Shown: positions 61,401 to 64,000 of the stretch, in pieces
How positions within the stretch are numbered: position 1 is the stretch's first letter
Layout: each line of letters opens with the position of its first letter
Notes under the pieces: generated by a model
Told to the model about the DNA's origin: nothing
Database searches by the model: none
Seen by the model: only the letters and a program-made list of their open reading frames with translations
Position numbers and translations under genes: made by a program
Source of the DNA: Camelus ferus
Lineage: Eukaryota
Direction: 5' to 3'
Length of the DNA: 64,000 bases
NCBI RefSeq assembly: GCF_009834535.1
Contig: NC_045696.1
Coordinates: 95,730,001-95,794,000, forward strand

Positions 61401-63149
61401 AAATATACACAGAGGGATTGTGTTTGATGGTTGGTTGGTTGATTTGTCTGTTGGTTTCGGAAATAATACAGGATTTAAAAGAAGTGCATATCTAGTACCC
61501 ACTGTCCATTATCTCTTTAAGAAAATATATTTCATATATTCATAGACAATAGACTTAAAAATAAACATGTGAATCAAAACTGATTTCCAGATAGAGGTCT
61601 CTTGGAAGAGAGGAGACCAGGGAAAGAGAGACAGAGACAGAGAAATAGAAATTCCTTACATATTATTCTTTACCTGACTAATGTTAAGTGTCCCTTACCC
61701 TTAAACTTCCATGTAAAAAACAAAAACAAAAACAAAAAACCTGGCTACTTAAGGAAAATAATGCCTCATTAAATGCATCCTCAGCATAATCATGCACAAA
61801 CTAGAATCTAAAATTCTGTGACCCTGAAACAGCTATAGTTCATTCATCCTTTATGAGGCAAGCATGCAAGTAGCAAATTAATTACATTGTAATTGTGAAC
61901 TATTGTTCCCACTGATAAAGAAAGAGACAACCCAAATTGGAAAAAACAAAATTAGAATAAACCTATTACAGGGAGTAAAACTTTTTGATTAAAATATAAC
62001 GCCAGTAGAAAGTTTAGCAGACCGTGAAGAACAAGTAACTTAAAGTATGGTCATAAAAATAAACAGGAAAAGGTAAAGGAAATAATCTTTTTATGTTACT
62101 TAAGCATACTGAGTTCTGATGCACTATTTTCAACTGTAGGAATCTCTTTGAACAGATCAGAATGTTAAAGAGATACTATCTTCTTGTATAATTAATTAAT
62201 TCAAAGATTGGAATAATGTCAAATTTTAATTCACTTCAAAAGAAAAATTTGTGCTGCCCTACAGATATTACAATTGCATCTGGTTTAGGTGGCTGTGTTA
62301 ATATTTGGGATTGTCCTGCTAGAAAGCTGAAAGGCAGGTCTTCAAATTTTCATAAATCTCTGTGGCTACACCTAATTATCATTCAAAAACTTTCATTACT
62401 TACACAGCCAAGCAAATATTTCAATGTGCAAACAGAAATTATAGATGTGTCAAGGTGTTGCTTGATGATTCTTGGGTAATTGTAGGACAGTTTTCAGAAT
62501 CTCTACAGCCACAATACCCATTTTGGATAAAGTTCAACATCAGATTGCTATATGACTTGGCATAGCAATTGGTATAATAATCTGAAAGAGGAGTCAGTCT
62601 TCAACTTTCATTCTCTACCACACTTTCCACCCCACCTCAGCAAGATCTTTCCAATAAGTGACATATTATTCAAACATGCTGCAAATTAGTTCAGGTTGGA
62701 AGAGACCTCAGGAGTCAATAAGTTTAATGGTTTGCACACCTGCTTTTGGATAATGAAATTTTCTTTTATTTTTTTCCCCTAAGAAAATTTATATAGAACT
62801 ATAAATATGAAATGGGGATTAAAGTGGATTATCTTGGGTTGAAGGAAGGTTCTGGGGTGCACAGCCAAAGGTGAAGCTGTGCCATTCTGGCTCCACAATA
62901 GGGCTTTGTATGTGTAGGTGTATGTGATGTTACAGATCGATATAAACATGTAGGTTTATGTATTTGTATATGTATGTGTATGTGTGTGTGTGTGTGTGTA
63001 TATATTTGCATGTGTCCATGTATATATAAAAATATATATGCATGTATGTATAATCTTCCTCTAAGTGCTCCAACCCTCAGTATTTTATTTGCAAACTTAA
63101 GAGGAAAGGATTTTTCTTTTAAAAGAAGAATTGGATTGCTTCCCAAATG

Positions 63150-63728
63150 ATTTAATGACGCCAATGTAACCCTTACGTCAAAACCTGACAAAGAATGTTT
63201 AATAAATAGAAATAAATCCCTCAAAAACAAAATCTTTAATTTTAGGAAATGAAAACCAACAATATATTAAAATTTCAATTCATTATAAACAAGTAAGGCT
63301 CATGCCTGGAATGCAAGCATAATTTAAGATCTGAAAGTCAGTTGGCATAAATTACCCATTAAAAGCATAAAGGAGAAAAATCACACAGTCATCTCAATAG
63401 ATGCAGTAAAAACATTTAGCAAATATCCATTTATGCAAAAACTATCAGCAAACTAGGAATAGAAGGGACTTTCAATCTCAAAAAAGCCAACTATGAAAAG
63501 TCTTCAGATGTTTATTAGTGAAGTATTAAACAATTTCCTCCTAAGATCCAGAGCAAAATAACTTTTTTCAATATTGTCCTAGAAGCCCTCGTCAGTGCAC
63601 TAATCAAGAAGGGAAAATAAAAGCATAAAGATTGAAAAGGAAGAATTAAAACTGTCTCCAGTTACAGAAGAGATGATTGTGTAGGAAATCCTAGAAAATG
63701 TTAAAAAAAAAAATAGATAAACTAGAAT
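63150..63728 (+). mobile_element. Ancient L1 ORF2 fragment
   Basis: CCTGGAATGCAAG...ATCTCAATAGATGCAGTAAAAACATTT...GAAAAGGAAGAATTAAAACTGTC. Confidence 0.7.
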
Positions 63729-64000
63729 TTATTTTTTTAAACTTTTTAAAATTGAGTTATAGTCAGTTTACAATGTTGTGTCAATTTCCAGTGTAGAGCA
63801 CAATTTTTCAGTTATACATGGACATACATATATTCCTTGTCACATTCTTTTTTGCTGTGATCTACCACAAGATCTTGTATATATTTCCCTGTGCTATACA
63901 GTATAATTTTGTTTATTTATTCTGAATATGCCTGTCAGTATCTACAAATTTTGAACTCCCAGTCTGTCCCTTCCCACCACCCACCCCCTTGGCAACTACA
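63729..64000 (-). mobile_element. Camelid-type L1 3' end (continues beyond window)
   Basis: TTACAATGTTGTGTCAATTTCCAGTGTAGAGCACAATTTTTCAG; same tail family as 23306 and 36844. Confidence 0.85.

Overview
Mammalian, AT-rich, repeat-dense genomic DNA, very probably from a camelid: it carries tRNA-derived SINEs and L1 3' tails of the camel/alpaca type. The only intact protein-coding gene is a five-exon arylacetamide deacetylase (AADAC-type) gene on the minus strand: CDS join 26347-26210, 18011-17789, 15600-15531, 14455-14284, 9621-9025, giving 1200 nt or 399 aa plus stop. All introns are GT-AG, and the HGGG, GDSAG and Ser189/Asp343/His373 motifs are intact. It is diverged enough from human AADAC that it may be an AADAC-like paralogue. 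Notable structure not shown by the ORF track includes: (1) a ~375-bp inverted repeat bracketing exon 2, with a 116-nt near-perfect core; (2) a decayed, oppositely oriented copy of AADAC exon 3 and its flanking introns near 2.9-3.4 kb; (3) an unidentified processed retrocopy with TSD and poly(A); (4) a full-length HAUS2 retrocopy inside an ERV internal region, itself carrying three LTRs and an L1 3'-transduction; (5) a tailless U6 fragment with a TSD; (6) two twin-primed L1s; (7) an isolated CpG-rich, promoter-like element at ~58.9-59.2 kb with no identifiable gene. Repeat family names are from memory of consensus sequences, not from a database search. No prokaryote-type system (CRISPR etc.) is present, and I found no clearly novel system. 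The exon-2 inverted repeat is the best candidate for an undescribed regulatory mechanism.
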